Shown here piece after piece: positions 8,292-17,485 of a stretch of DNA of 64,000 nucleotides. Source of the stretch: an uncultured Bacteroidia bacterium (GTDB taxonomy: Bacteria > Bacteroidota > Bacteroidia > Bacteroidales > UBA932); contig CACWLD010000003.1 in the NCBI GenBank assembly GCA_902761655.1, forward strand, positions 8,448-72,447, given 5' to 3'. Each line of letters begins with the position of its first letter. Positions within the stretch are counted from its first letter, which is position 1. A program made the position numbers and the translations under genes. The notes under the pieces were generated by a model. That model did no database searches. It saw only the letters and a program-made list of their open reading frames with translations, and was not told the DNA's origin.

Positions 8292-9379
8292 CCCAAGATC
8301 TTACGGAAAAGTTCGGGAGCCTGGGCATCGGAATACTTGCTCAGGAACACCTCCCTTGAGTATGCGTTGAATCGTGGCACGGGGACCTTTGAGAGGTCCT
8401 TTATGCGCTGGATGAACTCCCAGGCGGAATTGCAGCGGCCGCCAGCCCGGTCAAAGTCCAGGTCATATCCTTCCCAGGCCTCGTCCGTTGCCAGGATGTT
8501 CTTTCCGAACATAAGGGACTCGCAGGTCTTGACCTTCATTCCACTGCCCTTGAAGATTGGGATGACCATTATGTCCGCCTGGATGAAATACGGCTCCAGC
8601 TGAGGCGCGTCAGTGATTATCTCTATGTCCGGATCCAGCCAGTCCTTGCCAACTAACTTGAGCTTGTCCATACCCTTGCCCACTATCTTAAGGGAGATGT
8701 CCACATTGTGGTAGACTTCACGGACGAACCATTCCACACCCTGCACGTTGGCCGGGAAGAATGAGCCCAGGAAGACGCAGAGCGGCTTTGAAGGGATGTT
8801 GCCCAAAGGATAGATATCCTTGGCGTAACGGTCCTTGAACATTACCGGGGCTATGAAGTCAGCGCCACGGCCATAGTGCTTGGCAAGAAAGTCCGAATCC
8901 CTTTTGGTAAGGGTCACAATGGCATCGGCCACACGGCAGCAGTAGGTGTCGTTGTGGCGGGCACAGCTGAGCACCACCCTGCGGCCAAGGAGCCATTTAG
9001 GGAGCTTGGCGTCAAAGAATACCGTCTCAATATTGTGGAAGAAGCAGATGATCTTGCCCTTATAGCCTGCGTGACGGGCCCTACGGCCTATTATGCCAAA
9101 GACACTGCGGTCAATCCACAGGTAGTCGTAATCCATAGCCTTGTCCACAATGGCGGCGGTCCTCTTTGGGGTAAGCCCAAAGAAGTAGTTCCTCAGGAAA
9201 AACCAGGCGCCCACCAGGCGGCTCTTTTTCTTGGCCTTCTCGTCGTGAATGTATATGACTTCCACGTTCTCCTTTCCAAGGACTTCCTCCAAGGCCTCCA
9301 GGTTTCTCCGGCTCACCACTTCCCCGCCTTCGAGGATGTTCTTGGCCCGCTTGTACCTTATGAACAACAGTTTTGGCAT
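8288..9379 (-). CDS. glycosyltransferase (GT4/GT1-like)
   Basis: C-terminal GSGMKVKTCESLMFGKNILATDEAWEGY is an E-x7-E type motif. GT-B-like length. Confidence 0.65.
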   Translation of the reverse strand: MPKLLFIRYKRAKNILEGGEVVSRRNLEALEEVLGKENVEVIYIHDEKAKKKSRLVGAWFFLRNYFFGLTPKRTAAIVDKAMDYDYLWIDRSVFGIIGRRARHAGYKGKIICFFHNIETVFFDAKLPKWLLGRRVVLSCARHNDTYCCRVADAIVTLTKRDSDFLAKHYGRGADFIAPVMFKDRYAKDIYPLGNIPSKPLCVFLGSFFPANVQGVEWFVREVYHNVDISLKIVGKGMDKLKLVGKDWLDPDIEIITDAPQLEPYFIQADIMVIPIFKGSGMKVKTCESLMFGKNILATDEAWEGYDLDFDRAGGRCNSAWEFIQRIKDLSKVPVPRFNAYSREVFLSKYSDAQAPELFRKILG

Positions 9380-9389
9380 AGTACGCTCC

Positions 9390-10466
9390 TTATCTGAATA
9401 TCTTTCTGTACAGGGTGGTCATTATCCTGTCTGCGACGGAATTGACAGCCTCAAGCGCCTTTGGGAAGCGGCTGCGCTTCCTGCGCCAGTACTTGTAGGC
9501 ATCCACCCTTATTATCTTGTTGGCCGGGAACAGCTTAATGGGTTCCAGGCCCAGCTTTTCCATATGGCCCTGCAGTTTTTCGTCCACCCGGGCAAACTCA
9601 TCGGCATTGAACATATCCCTTGGCAGGTCAAGAAGGTAGCTCTTTGCCATCAGGCGTATCCTGTTACGGTAGAATCCGTCCAGGAATGCCTTCCGCTCCG
9701 GAGACAGTCCCTCGCGGGGATAGTTCTCGTAGAAGCCAAGGATGTTCTCTGTTACCCTTCCCAGCTGGTCAAGGCTGCGGGCAAGCACCTTGGGATCCAT
9801 TGTCTGCCCTTCCCTGTCCAGGTTGTACTGGTACAGGTTGGTGTCAAAAAACACTATGTCACGGGCATAGAAAAGAGGATATACATCCCATTCCAGGTCC
9901 GTGTAGGAACACCCCTCCGTCTGGCGGTAACCGTTCTGCACCAGCAACTGTGTCCTGTAGGCAAGCGAGTGCATAAGGAAGAAACGGATATAACCGTCTG
10001 AAAGCACCTGGTCCAGAGGATAAGTCTTTCCGTATTCGTACGGTTCCTTGCCGTAAAGGTTATACTTGGCCAGTTCCTTGACGCCCTTTGGATGGATCTG
10101 GGTGAAATGCGTCACCACCATATCGGCGTCAGTGCCTGACAGTTCGCGAAGGAACTTGGCAAGGGCGGCAGGGGCAAACCAGTCATCGGCATCCAGAATC
10201 TTCACATATTTGCCGCGCGCCTGCGGCAGGGCGGCGTTGATTGTGGATCCGTAGTTGCCGTTGGGCTTGTCAATGACCCTGATGCAGTCAGGGTTGGCAT
10301 CCCGGTACTTCAGGGCAACCTGCAGGGTATTGTCCTTGCTCCCGTCGTTAACCACAATGGCTTCGAAGTCCGCCTGCGCGCCGGATTCCAGCAGGGAATC
10401 CAGACAGCGCGGCAGCAACTGCGCCATATTGTAAGACGGAATTATTATTGACAGCGTTTTCTCCAT
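9390..10466 (-). CDS. glycosyltransferase family 2
   Basis: LSIIIPSYNMAQLLPRCLDSLL...VVNDGSKDNT...ILDADDW are GT2 signature motifs. The start is set at MEKTLSIIIP. Confidence 0.85.
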   Translation of the reverse strand: MEKTLSIIIPSYNMAQLLPRCLDSLLESGAQADFEAIVVNDGSKDNTLQVALKYRDANPDCIRVIDKPNGNYGSTINAALPQARGKYVKILDADDWFAPAALAKFLRELSGTDADMVVTHFTQIHPKGVKELAKYNLYGKEPYEYGKTYPLDQVLSDGYIRFFLMHSLAYRTQLLVQNGYRQTEGCSYTDLEWDVYPLFYARDIVFFDTNLYQYNLDREGQTMDPKVLARSLDQLGRVTENILGFYENYPREGLSPERKAFLDGFYRNRIRLMAKSYLLDLPRDMFNADEFARVDEKLQGHMEKLGLEPIKLFPANKIIRVDAYKYWRRKRSRFPKALEAVNSVADRIMTTLYRKIFR

Positions 10467-11422
10467 TTGTATATGGCTTTTACAACGGCTACCGGACAAT
10501 ACTTGTCCACCAAATACTCCATCTTAGTGGTAAAATTAATATTTTTATTCAACAAAACCTTGCCTTTTATCTCGGGAAACTCTTTTCTCCACTTGTCAAG
10601 GCCTTCTCCCTTCCTGAGAAGCGGTCTCATATAGAACATACAGTAAAGCTTCAGAGCCACCAGTTGGGAGGCATATCTTTCCAGTTCTCCGTGCTTGGCA
10701 AGGAACCCCTCCACCTGGCGCGCGTTGGCGCAGGCGCCGTCAAAACGTCCTTCCACAGAACTTGCTGAAGGAGAATTGGTTATGGACGAAGCATTGGTCC
10801 GCCAGTGATACAAAGGTTTGTCAACACAGTAGATACTCCGGCAATGATATGCCAGCTGAACCATCAGGGCGTGGTCTTCTCCCTGATTGAACCTCGGGAA
10901 TTCAATTCCCTTGGAGTAAACCTCACGTTTTATCATAAAACGCCATACGGACTCCATCTCCCCAACAGCTATCATATCTTTCAAGATGAAATCCCGGCAG
11001 TTTTCTCCTGTATGGCTGTATTTTGTGGGCGCAGGCTCATTGTCCCGGAACCAGCCGCAGACAACGCCATCCGAATCATAGGCTGCAGCCTCCCTGTACA
11101 TACGCTCCAGCATATCCGGCTCCATCCAGTCATCGCTGTCGCAATGCGCTATGTACACGCCCTGGGCAAGCTCCAGGCCGCTCTTTCGCGCGGCGGGCAG
11201 GCCTTGGTTTTGTGACTTGTCCACAAACTTCACGGCATCTGCGCGTTCAGGGAACTCCTTCATTATCTTTCGGACAACCTCCATTGATCCGTCCGGGGTG
11301 CAATCGTTAACAAAAATAAACTCCACCTCTTCAAGAGTCTGGGCGAACAGGCTCCTGACGCATTCCCCTATGAACTTCTCCACATTGTAAACGGGGACTA
11401 TGACACTTACCAGCGGTTTCAT
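10445..11422 (-). CDS. glycosyltransferase family 2
   Basis: VSVIVPVYNVEKFIGECVRSLFAQTL...FVNDCTPDGS...HCDSDDW. Confidence 0.85.
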   Translation of the reverse strand: MKPLVSVIVPVYNVEKFIGECVRSLFAQTLEEVEFIFVNDCTPDGSMEVVRKIMKEFPERADAVKFVDKSQNQGLPAARKSGLELAQGVYIAHCDSDDWMEPDMLERMYREAAAYDSDGVVCGWFRDNEPAPTKYSHTGENCRDFILKDMIAVGEMESVWRFMIKREVYSKGIEFPRFNQGEDHALMVQLAYHCRSIYCVDKPLYHWRTNASSITNSPSASSVEGRFDGACANARQVEGFLAKHGELERYASQLVALKLYCMFYMRPLLRKGEGLDKWRKEFPEIKGKVLLNKNINFTTKMEYLVDKYCPVAVVKAIYKWRKRCQ

Positions 11423-12351
11423 TTCTTACGGTTGAACATTTTGGATATGCCGTGGATGCCCAGGATCTTTGTCAGATGGCCCATACGCTCCATTAACGTA
11501 AACCTCCCGTCAAAGAAGAAAGGCAGGTTCACCTCCGGGTAAAAGTCCAGATAGTATCTGCGCAGGAGCTGCAGCGCGGAGAACTTTGCCCAGCACTTGA
11601 GGTGCCTTGCGGCGCGCGCGTACTTTTGCGCCAGCCCTTTGCTTTCTATGAAAGAAAGGGCGAGCGCGGCGTTTGCGCGCACCTGCTCCACCTTGGGAAG
11701 CGAATCCCCTGCGGAACTGATGCTGTCCGGGGAGTAGTTGTAATTATAAAGGCATTCGTCCACGAATCCCCAGTTGCGGCAGTTGTACGCAAGCTGGGTT
11801 ATGAGGGCGGTATCTTCGCACATATTGGCCTGCGGCCAGGTTATACCAGCCTCATAGGCTTTGCGGGTTACCAGCTTGTTGAGCAGATAATGGTGTATGT
11901 CCAGATAAAGAAGCGACTCCAGCAGGTCTTCAGTATGGTTCAGGTCCGGGAAGGGCTCCGAGTGGTCCGGATAAACCCTTCGCATTCCGCAGATTACCAT
12001 ATCCAGATTTTCTGCCGATGCCTTGGCGTAAAGCGCGGCGTACATTCCCTTTTCCGGCCAGTCATCGCTGTCGCAGTGTATGATGTAATCACCCGATGAC
12101 GCCTCAACTCCCCTGCGTCGGCTGTACGCCTGGCCCCTGTTGACTTCATTGTGAAGTATCTTCACCTGGCCGCGGCGCTGAGGATACTCCTCCAGCACCC
12201 TCTCCAATATTTCCATTGAACGGTCCGTGCTGCAGTCGTCCACGAAGACATATTCTATGTCCTCCAGGGTCTGGCCAAACAGGCTGCGAGCGCACCGTTC
12301 AATGTACTTCTCAACCTTATAGACCAGGACTATGACGCTGACAGCCGGCAT
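11419..12351 (-). CDS. glycosyltransferase family 2
   Basis: VSVIVLVYKVEKYIERCARSLFGQTL...FVDDCSTDRS...HCDSDDW. It is a paralog of the preceding gene. Confidence 0.85.
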   Translation of the reverse strand: MPAVSVIVLVYKVEKYIERCARSLFGQTLEDIEYVFVDDCSTDRSMEILERVLEEYPQRRGQVKILHNEVNRGQAYSRRRGVEASSGDYIIHCDSDDWPEKGMYAALYAKASAENLDMVICGMRRVYPDHSEPFPDLNHTEDLLESLLYLDIHHYLLNKLVTRKAYEAGITWPQANMCEDTALITQLAYNCRNWGFVDECLYNYNYSPDSISSAGDSLPKVEQVRANAALALSFIESKGLAQKYARAARHLKCWAKFSALQLLRRYYLDFYPEVNLPFFFDGRFTLMERMGHLTKILGIHGISKMFNRKK

Positions 12352-12355
12352 ATAA

Positions 12356-13468
12356 CTATTTAAGGTCCAATACTTTTTCTACTATCGGGGCCATATCGTA
12401 GTATTTGTACTCCGCAAGACGGCCTCCAAAGACAACGTTCTTTTCCTTGTCCGCCAGTTCCTTGTACTGCTTGTAAATCCTGGAGTTCTTCTCATCGTTC
12501 ACAGGATAGAACGGCTCCATACCTTCGCTCCACTCACAGGGGTACTCCCTGGAAATGACGGTCTTGGGACGGGCGTATACGGCGTCGCCGAACAGCTCGA
12601 AATGCTTGTGCTCTATGATTCGCGTGAAAGGTTCGGCCTTGGATGTGTAATTGACCACGGCGTTGCCCTGGAAATTGGGGGTGTCAAGGATTTCTGTCTG
12701 CAGGCTCACGGTGCGGTAATCCAATTTGCCGAAGCGGAAACCGTAGAACTCGTCTATCCTGCCTGTGAAGACAATGCTGTCCGCGAGGCTCTCCCAATAT
12801 TCCCTGTCCGCGAAGAAATCCGCCCCGGTGCGGCACTCGACGCCTTCCAGCAGGGCATCGATCAACTTGTTGTATCCCCCTATGGGCACACCCTGATAGG
12901 TGTCGTTGAAGTAATTGTTATTGTATACGTACCTGACCGGGAGGCGCTTGATTATGAACGCAGGAAGGTCGCGGCAATCGCGTCCCCATTGCTTCTGGGT
13001 ATATTCCTTTACAAGTTTCTCATAGATGTCGCGGCCCACCAGGCTCACGGCCTGCTCCTCCAGGTTCCTGGGCTCTCCCCGCACTTCCCGCTTCTGTTCG
13101 CGGATTATGGCTTCCGCCTGGGCGGGAGTGGTAACACCCCACATCTGGTGGAACGTGTTCATATTGAACGGCAGGTTGTACAGTTCTCCGTTGTAATTGG
13201 CCAGCGGGCAGTTTATGAAATTGTTGAAAGGGACCAGGGAATTGACAAAGTCCCACACCTTCTTGTTGCTGGTATGGAAAATGTGCGGGCCGTACGTATG
13301 CACGTTAATGCCCTCAATATTGTCACAATAGAGGTTTCCGCCAGGATGCGGCCTTCGGTCTATTACAAGGCATTTCTTGCCTTCCTTATTGGCCTTCCAG
13401 GCGCTCAGGGCGCCGTACAGGCCCGATCCCACAATAAGGACGTCAAATATCTCTTTATTTCTTTCCAT
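12356..13468 (-). CDS. glf: UDP-galactopyranose mutase
   Basis: FDVLIVGSGLYGALSA (FAD fold), HTYGPHIFHT, NYTSKAEPFTRIIEHKHF and GRLAEYKYYDM are typical Glf blocks. The start is set at MERNKEIFDV. Confidence 0.9.
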   Translation of the reverse strand: MERNKEIFDVLIVGSGLYGALSAWKANKEGKKCLVIDRRPHPGGNLYCDNIEGINVHTYGPHIFHTSNKKVWDFVNSLVPFNNFINCPLANYNGELYNLPFNMNTFHQMWGVTTPAQAEAIIREQKREVRGEPRNLEEQAVSLVGRDIYEKLVKEYTQKQWGRDCRDLPAFIIKRLPVRYVYNNNYFNDTYQGVPIGGYNKLIDALLEGVECRTGADFFADREYWESLADSIVFTGRIDEFYGFRFGKLDYRTVSLQTEILDTPNFQGNAVVNYTSKAEPFTRIIEHKHFELFGDAVYARPKTVISREYPCEWSEGMEPFYPVNDEKNSRIYKQYKELADKEKNVVFGGRLAEYKYYDMAPIVEKVLDLK

Positions 13469-14207
13469 ACAGCTTGAATGTCCTGTCCAGCATTCTCCAG
13501 TCAATGCCAAAAATCTTATAAAACCACTTGTGCAGGAGTCCGCCCTGGTATTCCGCTTCCGTCCAGGAGTTGGCGTAGTGATGAATACTGTGGGTGTTTG
13601 CCGTTATATGATAACGCGTTCCGTTCTCTGGATCAGAAGGATGGGCTCCGAACCAGTCCAGCGGGAGTACACAGAACTTTGACGGATCCGGATCGAACTC
13701 CGAGAGACTTTCTATAGGTGTCCACTGGTACTTCTTGCGAAGATGCTCTCCCATTACTATGGGCATTGGCGTCATCGCCCTCTCCCCATTATCCTGGACA
13801 AAGGCCCTGCCTTCATAATACTCCATCGCATCCTTTACCCAGGCAGTGCCTTTCTCCGCTCCAAAGGCCGCCAGTTCCACGCTGGTAGGAACGGCCTCGC
13901 TGCATACGAAGTATGGCAGATTGAGGAACTTGTTGAAAGAGCGTATCACCTCAACATCGCTGTCAAGGTATATTCCGCCATAGTTGTAAACGGCGTAGAA
14001 ACGGATGTAATCCGCCACAAAGGCGTATTTCTTTGCCTCGAACGCCTGCTTAGTCCACAGGGTCGAGTTCACGTCAAACCTGTTTGTATCCCAGAGAATT
14101 ATCTCGTAGTCCGGAAGGTACTTCTTCCAGGAATCTATGCAGAACTGGATCTTCTTGGGATACGGGTCTCCGCTGAGCCAGCACAGGTGGATTATTTTAG
14201 GTATCAT
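13455..14207 (-). CDS. GT32-type glycosyltransferase (DXD sugar-binding region)
   Basis: MIPKIIHLCWLSGDPYP...ADYIRFYAVYNYGGIYLDSDVEV is a Gly_transf_sug/GT32-like motif set. Confidence 0.75.
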   Translation of the reverse strand: MIPKIIHLCWLSGDPYPKKIQFCIDSWKKYLPDYEIILWDTNRFDVNSTLWTKQAFEAKKYAFVADYIRFYAVYNYGGIYLDSDVEVIRSFNKFLNLPYFVCSEAVPTSVELAAFGAEKGTAWVKDAMEYYEGRAFVQDNGERAMTPMPIVMGEHLRKKYQWTPIESLSEFDPDPSKFCVLPLDWFGAHPSDPENGTRYHITANTHSIHHYANSWTEAEYQGGLLHKWFYKIFGIDWRMLDRTFKLYGKK

Positions 14208-14974
14208 ATCTCTTTATTCTTTTTCTGCTTGCCGTACAGCTTGAAGCGCCTGTCGTCAAATTTCCAGTTGATCCCGGTGATCCAGTAATACAGCTTATGC
14301 AACGGACCGCCCACGTAAACATCGGAGGTCCAGGCGTTTGCAAAATGATGGATACAGCGTGTATTACGGGTTACGTGATAGTGAAGCTTTTCGTTCTCGT
14401 CCATAGGATGGGCGTTGAACCAGTCCATTGGGAAAACGCACAGTTTGGAAGGATCCGGATTGAACTCTGACTTCCTTTCGATATGCTCGATGCTGTATTT
14501 TTGCTCAAAGAACGTCCGGAGGACACGCGGCATCGGTTCTATATCCATCTCCCCGTCCTCCTTTATAAAATTGCGCCCCTCATAATAATGCATTGCATAT
14601 TCAACCCACTCCAATCCTTTTTCCGCTCCGAAAGCTGCCAGCTCTATGCCGCCCAGCCCCGCTTCCGCGCCTACGAAATAGGGCAGGTCCAGCAGGTCGT
14701 CAAATGGCCTGATGGCCTCCACATCGCTGTCCAGATATATTCCGCCATAGTTATACACGGCATACAGGCGGATGTAATCAGCCACAAAGGCATACTTCTT
14801 TGCCTCGAACGCCTGCTTTGTCCACGGTATGGAGTTCACGTCAAACCTGGAGGTATCCCAGAGCATCACCTCGTAGTCCGGAAGGACCTTTTTCCAGGAA
14901 TCTATACAGTACTGTATTTTTTCCGGGTATGGGTCTCCGCTGAGCCAGCACAGGTGGATTATCTTTGGTATCAT
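14204..14974 (-). CDS. GT32-type glycosyltransferase, tandem paralog
   Basis: MIPKIIHLCWLSGDPYPEKIQYCIDSWKKVLPDYEVMLWD...GGIYLDSDVEA. The N-terminal half is nearly identical to that of 13455..14207. Confidence 0.75.
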   Translation of the reverse strand: MIPKIIHLCWLSGDPYPEKIQYCIDSWKKVLPDYEVMLWDTSRFDVNSIPWTKQAFEAKKYAFVADYIRLYAVYNYGGIYLDSDVEAIRPFDDLLDLPYFVGAEAGLGGIELAAFGAEKGLEWVEYAMHYYEGRNFIKEDGEMDIEPMPRVLRTFFEQKYSIEHIERKSEFNPDPSKLCVFPMDWFNAHPMDENEKLHYHVTRNTRCIHHFANAWTSDVYVGGPLHKLYYWITGINWKFDDRRFKLYGKQKKNKEI

Positions 14975-14978
14975 ATCT

Positions 14979-16538
14979 TTAATCTTTTATCAAACCCGTA
15001 ATGGTAAGCATCCTCCTCACAAAGGAGCGCATACCATATTCAGACGCATACAACAAACCTCCAAGGACAAGAGTACAGCCTATGAACACAATCAAGGCGT
15101 ACAATAAAAAGTTCCAGATTCCGGAGGCAGGATCTATTGTCATCACTCCGCAAAGGGCCCTGACGGCAAAGAATGCCACGGCACCGGCAAGCAGATGTTT
15201 GGCATACAGGACCACATATATCCACACAGGTTCCTTGAGGCCCCTGGTGAAAAGGAAATACGGTTTCCAGGTGAATATTATTATCAACTGACTGATTATC
15301 ACGCCCAAGAGGATTCCGTGCAGTCCATAGAAGTATCCCAGCCCAATGGAGAATCCCAGATTCAGGACGGCCTCCACAAGAGGAGCCCATATATCCTGGA
15401 ACATACCATAGGAATTGATGAAGGTATCCACCACCGCCCTCATTGAGCCAAGGAAGAATATGACTATTATGAGCAGCAGCGTGGTCTTGTCAAGCAGGTA
15501 CTCCGCCCCCAGCCATACGCTGATGAACGGATCCGCAAGGAACCAGATGCATATGCTGGACACCATCACCGCAAGGAAGCGGGAAGAGAACAGTTCCTTG
15601 AACACTTTAAGTATGAGAGGCTTGTTTCCTTCAGCAACCATATTGCCCACGCTTCCTCCCAGGCCGGCGAACATAGCGCCCATCAGATAACCAAGGTTGT
15701 TGGTGATTATCATATAGTTGCCATACAGTGCCACCAGCGTCAGCGAGGCATAGGCATAGATAATGATAGGGCTTGTCTGGGAAAGGACAAAGCCTCCAAT
15801 CTTGTGGAAGAACATTTGCTTGACCTTGGTGACCACATCCGGGAACTTGTGCCTCAGCTCTCCCGGGCTCTCCACGTTCTCCTTGAGATAAGGATAATCC
15901 TTGTAGATGACCCTGTTAAGGAAGTACGATGCCGTAATGGCGAAAGCCACCTCAAGCGCCAGCCACCACACATAAGGATGGGGCAGGAACTTTACCGCGA
16001 TGGCCTGGGCCACCAGCTTGAAGATGGCTACAAGGCGGAAACTGAACTGTATCTTGTATTCCTTCTGGTCCGCCGACAGCAGGATTTGCTTGTAATTGAC
16101 AAAGTAACTGAGGAGGGAACTGAAAAGCAATACGGCGTAGGTTGCGTAAGCGTACCACATTGGCAGTTCCATCTTGGAGAAAATCCTTGGGAAGAAGCAC
16201 ATTAGCACCGCGCTTCCTATGATTATGAACCAGGCGATCTTCCTGTACAGCCAGCCCTGGAGGGCTACTATCTCCTTGATTGTCTGCCTGTCTTCCTGGA
16301 AGATTGGCTTGTATAGGGTCACCGATATGGCGGCGCCTATTCCCAGCTCCGCAATGTTCAGGAAGCCCAACAGGCTGGCCGCCGTGCTGTTGAGGCCAAG
16401 GACCTCTGTTCCAAGATAATCCAGGAAAATTTTCCTGGAGAAGAAGCCCACCAGCAGGGATATGAACTGGAGCAGCACGGCAACCGTACTGTTCCTTATG
16501 CTGTTCCAAGTCCTGGAATATCCTCCGCCAGCTTGCAT
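14979..16538 (-). CDS. wzx: oligosaccharide flippase (Wzx-like, MOP superfamily)
   Basis: 519 aa and polytopic (about 12-14 TM helices). The N-terminal SIRNSTVAVLLQFISLLVGFFSRKIFLDYLG is typical of polysaccharide biosynthesis flippases. It is the first gene of the GT cluster. Confidence 0.7.
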   Translation of the reverse strand: MQAGGGYSRTWNSIRNSTVAVLLQFISLLVGFFSRKIFLDYLGTEVLGLNSTAASLLGFLNIAELGIGAAISVTLYKPIFQEDRQTIKEIVALQGWLYRKIAWFIIIGSAVLMCFFPRIFSKMELPMWYAYATYAVLLFSSLLSYFVNYKQILLSADQKEYKIQFSFRLVAIFKLVAQAIAVKFLPHPYVWWLALEVAFAITASYFLNRVIYKDYPYLKENVESPGELRHKFPDVVTKVKQMFFHKIGGFVLSQTSPIIIYAYASLTLVALYGNYMIITNNLGYLMGAMFAGLGGSVGNMVAEGNKPLILKVFKELFSSRFLAVMVSSICIWFLADPFISVWLGAEYLLDKTTLLLIIVIFFLGSMRAVVDTFINSYGMFQDIWAPLVEAVLNLGFSIGLGYFYGLHGILLGVIISQLIIIFTWKPYFLFTRGLKEPVWIYVVLYAKHLLAGAVAFFAVRALCGVMTIDPASGIWNFLLYALIVFIGCTLVLGGLLYASEYGMRSFVRRMLTITGLIKD

Positions 16539-16601
16539 AGATTAGTTATAATTTGCTAATATAATAAAAAATACGCGTTTTTGTAACTCAATCTATTTTG
16601 C

Positions 16602-16609
16602 TATATTTG
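16602..16609 (+). promoter_or_regulatory. -7 box TATATTTG for tRNA-Leu
   Basis: Matches TAnnTTTG, 12 nt upstream of the mature tRNA 5' end. Confidence 0.55.
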
Positions 16610-16621
16610 CCGACACATCCC

Positions 16622-16702
16622 GCGGGCGTGTTGTAATTGGTAGCCAAGCTAGACTTAGGATCTAGTGCCTAGTGCGTATGGGTTCGAGTCCCTTCGCCCG
16701 CA
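16622..16702 (+). tRNA. tRNA-Leu (anticodon TAG)
   Basis: Hand-folded cloverleaf. Acceptor GCGGGCG/CGCCCGC. Anticodon stem CTAGA/TCTAG with loop CT-TAG-GA. Long variable arm (type II). T loop TTCGAGT. There is one T-T mismatch in the T stem. CCA is not encoded. Confidence 0.85.
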
Positions 16703-16712
16703 CACCGCTCAG

Positions 16713-16740
16713 CCCGGCCTCTGTGGCCGGGTTTTCGCGT
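16713..16740 (+). terminator. terminator after tRNA-Leu
   Basis: CCCGGCC-tctgt-GGCCGGG followed by TTTTCGCGTTT. Confidence 0.6.
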
Positions 16741-16994
16741 TTACGGGCGAAGGGACTTAAACTATACGGGGGCGCTTCGCTCCCCCGACACCCCCTGGCC
16801 TCCGCTGCTTCAACTTTCTATTGAAAGTCTCGCTGACGCTCCGGCCGGCGCCTGATGGCGCCTTCGGCCCGTCCCGGACCTCCAACCCACCATTTCGTTC
16901 ACCAGACACCCCCTCTCCTGTACAAAAAGTCTCCAAGACCTTGTTTAGTACACCAAACAGCCTTCTGGTGTACGGAACTATTTCGTTATTTTAC

Positions 16995-17002
16995 TATCTT
17001 TG
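16995..17002 (+). promoter_or_regulatory. -7 box TATCTTTG at the end of module A
   Basis: Matches TAnnTTTG and points into the AT-rich islet. The ORF starts at 17075. Confidence 0.45.
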
Positions 17003-17074
17003 AAGGAGCAGGGTATAATTTAGTCCAGACCCTTTTGTAAGATTCTTTTTATTTCCTTATTTATCTTAAAACAA

Positions 17075-17485
17075 ATGAGATTCAATTTAATAATAATATT
17101 AGGACTTATATATTCTTCGGCAGTTTTTGCGCAAGAGGACTAACACCTGAAAGGCAAAGCAATTGATATTTCTTATTATACTCTCCAAGGCAGAAATGAT
17201 GATAATTTAACTATTTTCTTAGATGGTTATAAGTTGAAAAGCAATGAAAAGGAGATGATTGGAAAACACTGCCAGAAATTCAATTTCAAGTTTCTTAATG
17301 ACAGCACAGTATATATCAAAAGTAAGTTTGTCTATTACATTGACGGAACAATTTACAGGGGTAGAAAGCGTCAGGATAAACTAAAAGATGATATGACCAT
17401 ATTAGAAGTATTATCTCAGAAAGAAGCAAAGGATAAGCTTGGCATTAGAGCACGATATGGCCTAATCCATATGGAAGCCAAATAA
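17075..17485 (+). pseudogene. small secreted protein gene interrupted by an in-frame TAA after the signal peptide
   Basis: The ATG at 17075 encodes MRFNLIIILGLIYSSAVFAQED, then TAA at 17141..17143. The same frame stays open into the tracked ORF 17234..17485. The region is very AT-rich compared with its surroundings. Confidence 0.45.

Larger units (their letters stand above)
16711..17008 (+). repeat. structured GC-rich non-coding module, copy A
   Basis: Order of elements: hairpin, TTTCGCGTTT, GGGCGAAGGGACT, tatacg, C-rich hairpins, CAAAAAG words, GTACACC..GGTGTAC hairpin, TTTTACTATCTTTGAAGGAG. The same order recurs at 17692..17983. Confidence 0.6.

Noticed and set aside
12602-13477. 291-aa plus-strand ORF
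   Set aside because: It is antisense to glf, which has an unmistakable FAD-binding motif and Glf blocks.
16821-17040. Two overlapping Pro-rich ORFs (60 and 61 aa) inside module A
   Set aside because: The composition (P/S/T/R runs) reflects C-rich hairpin DNA. There is no start context, and the paralogous module B does not conserve either frame.
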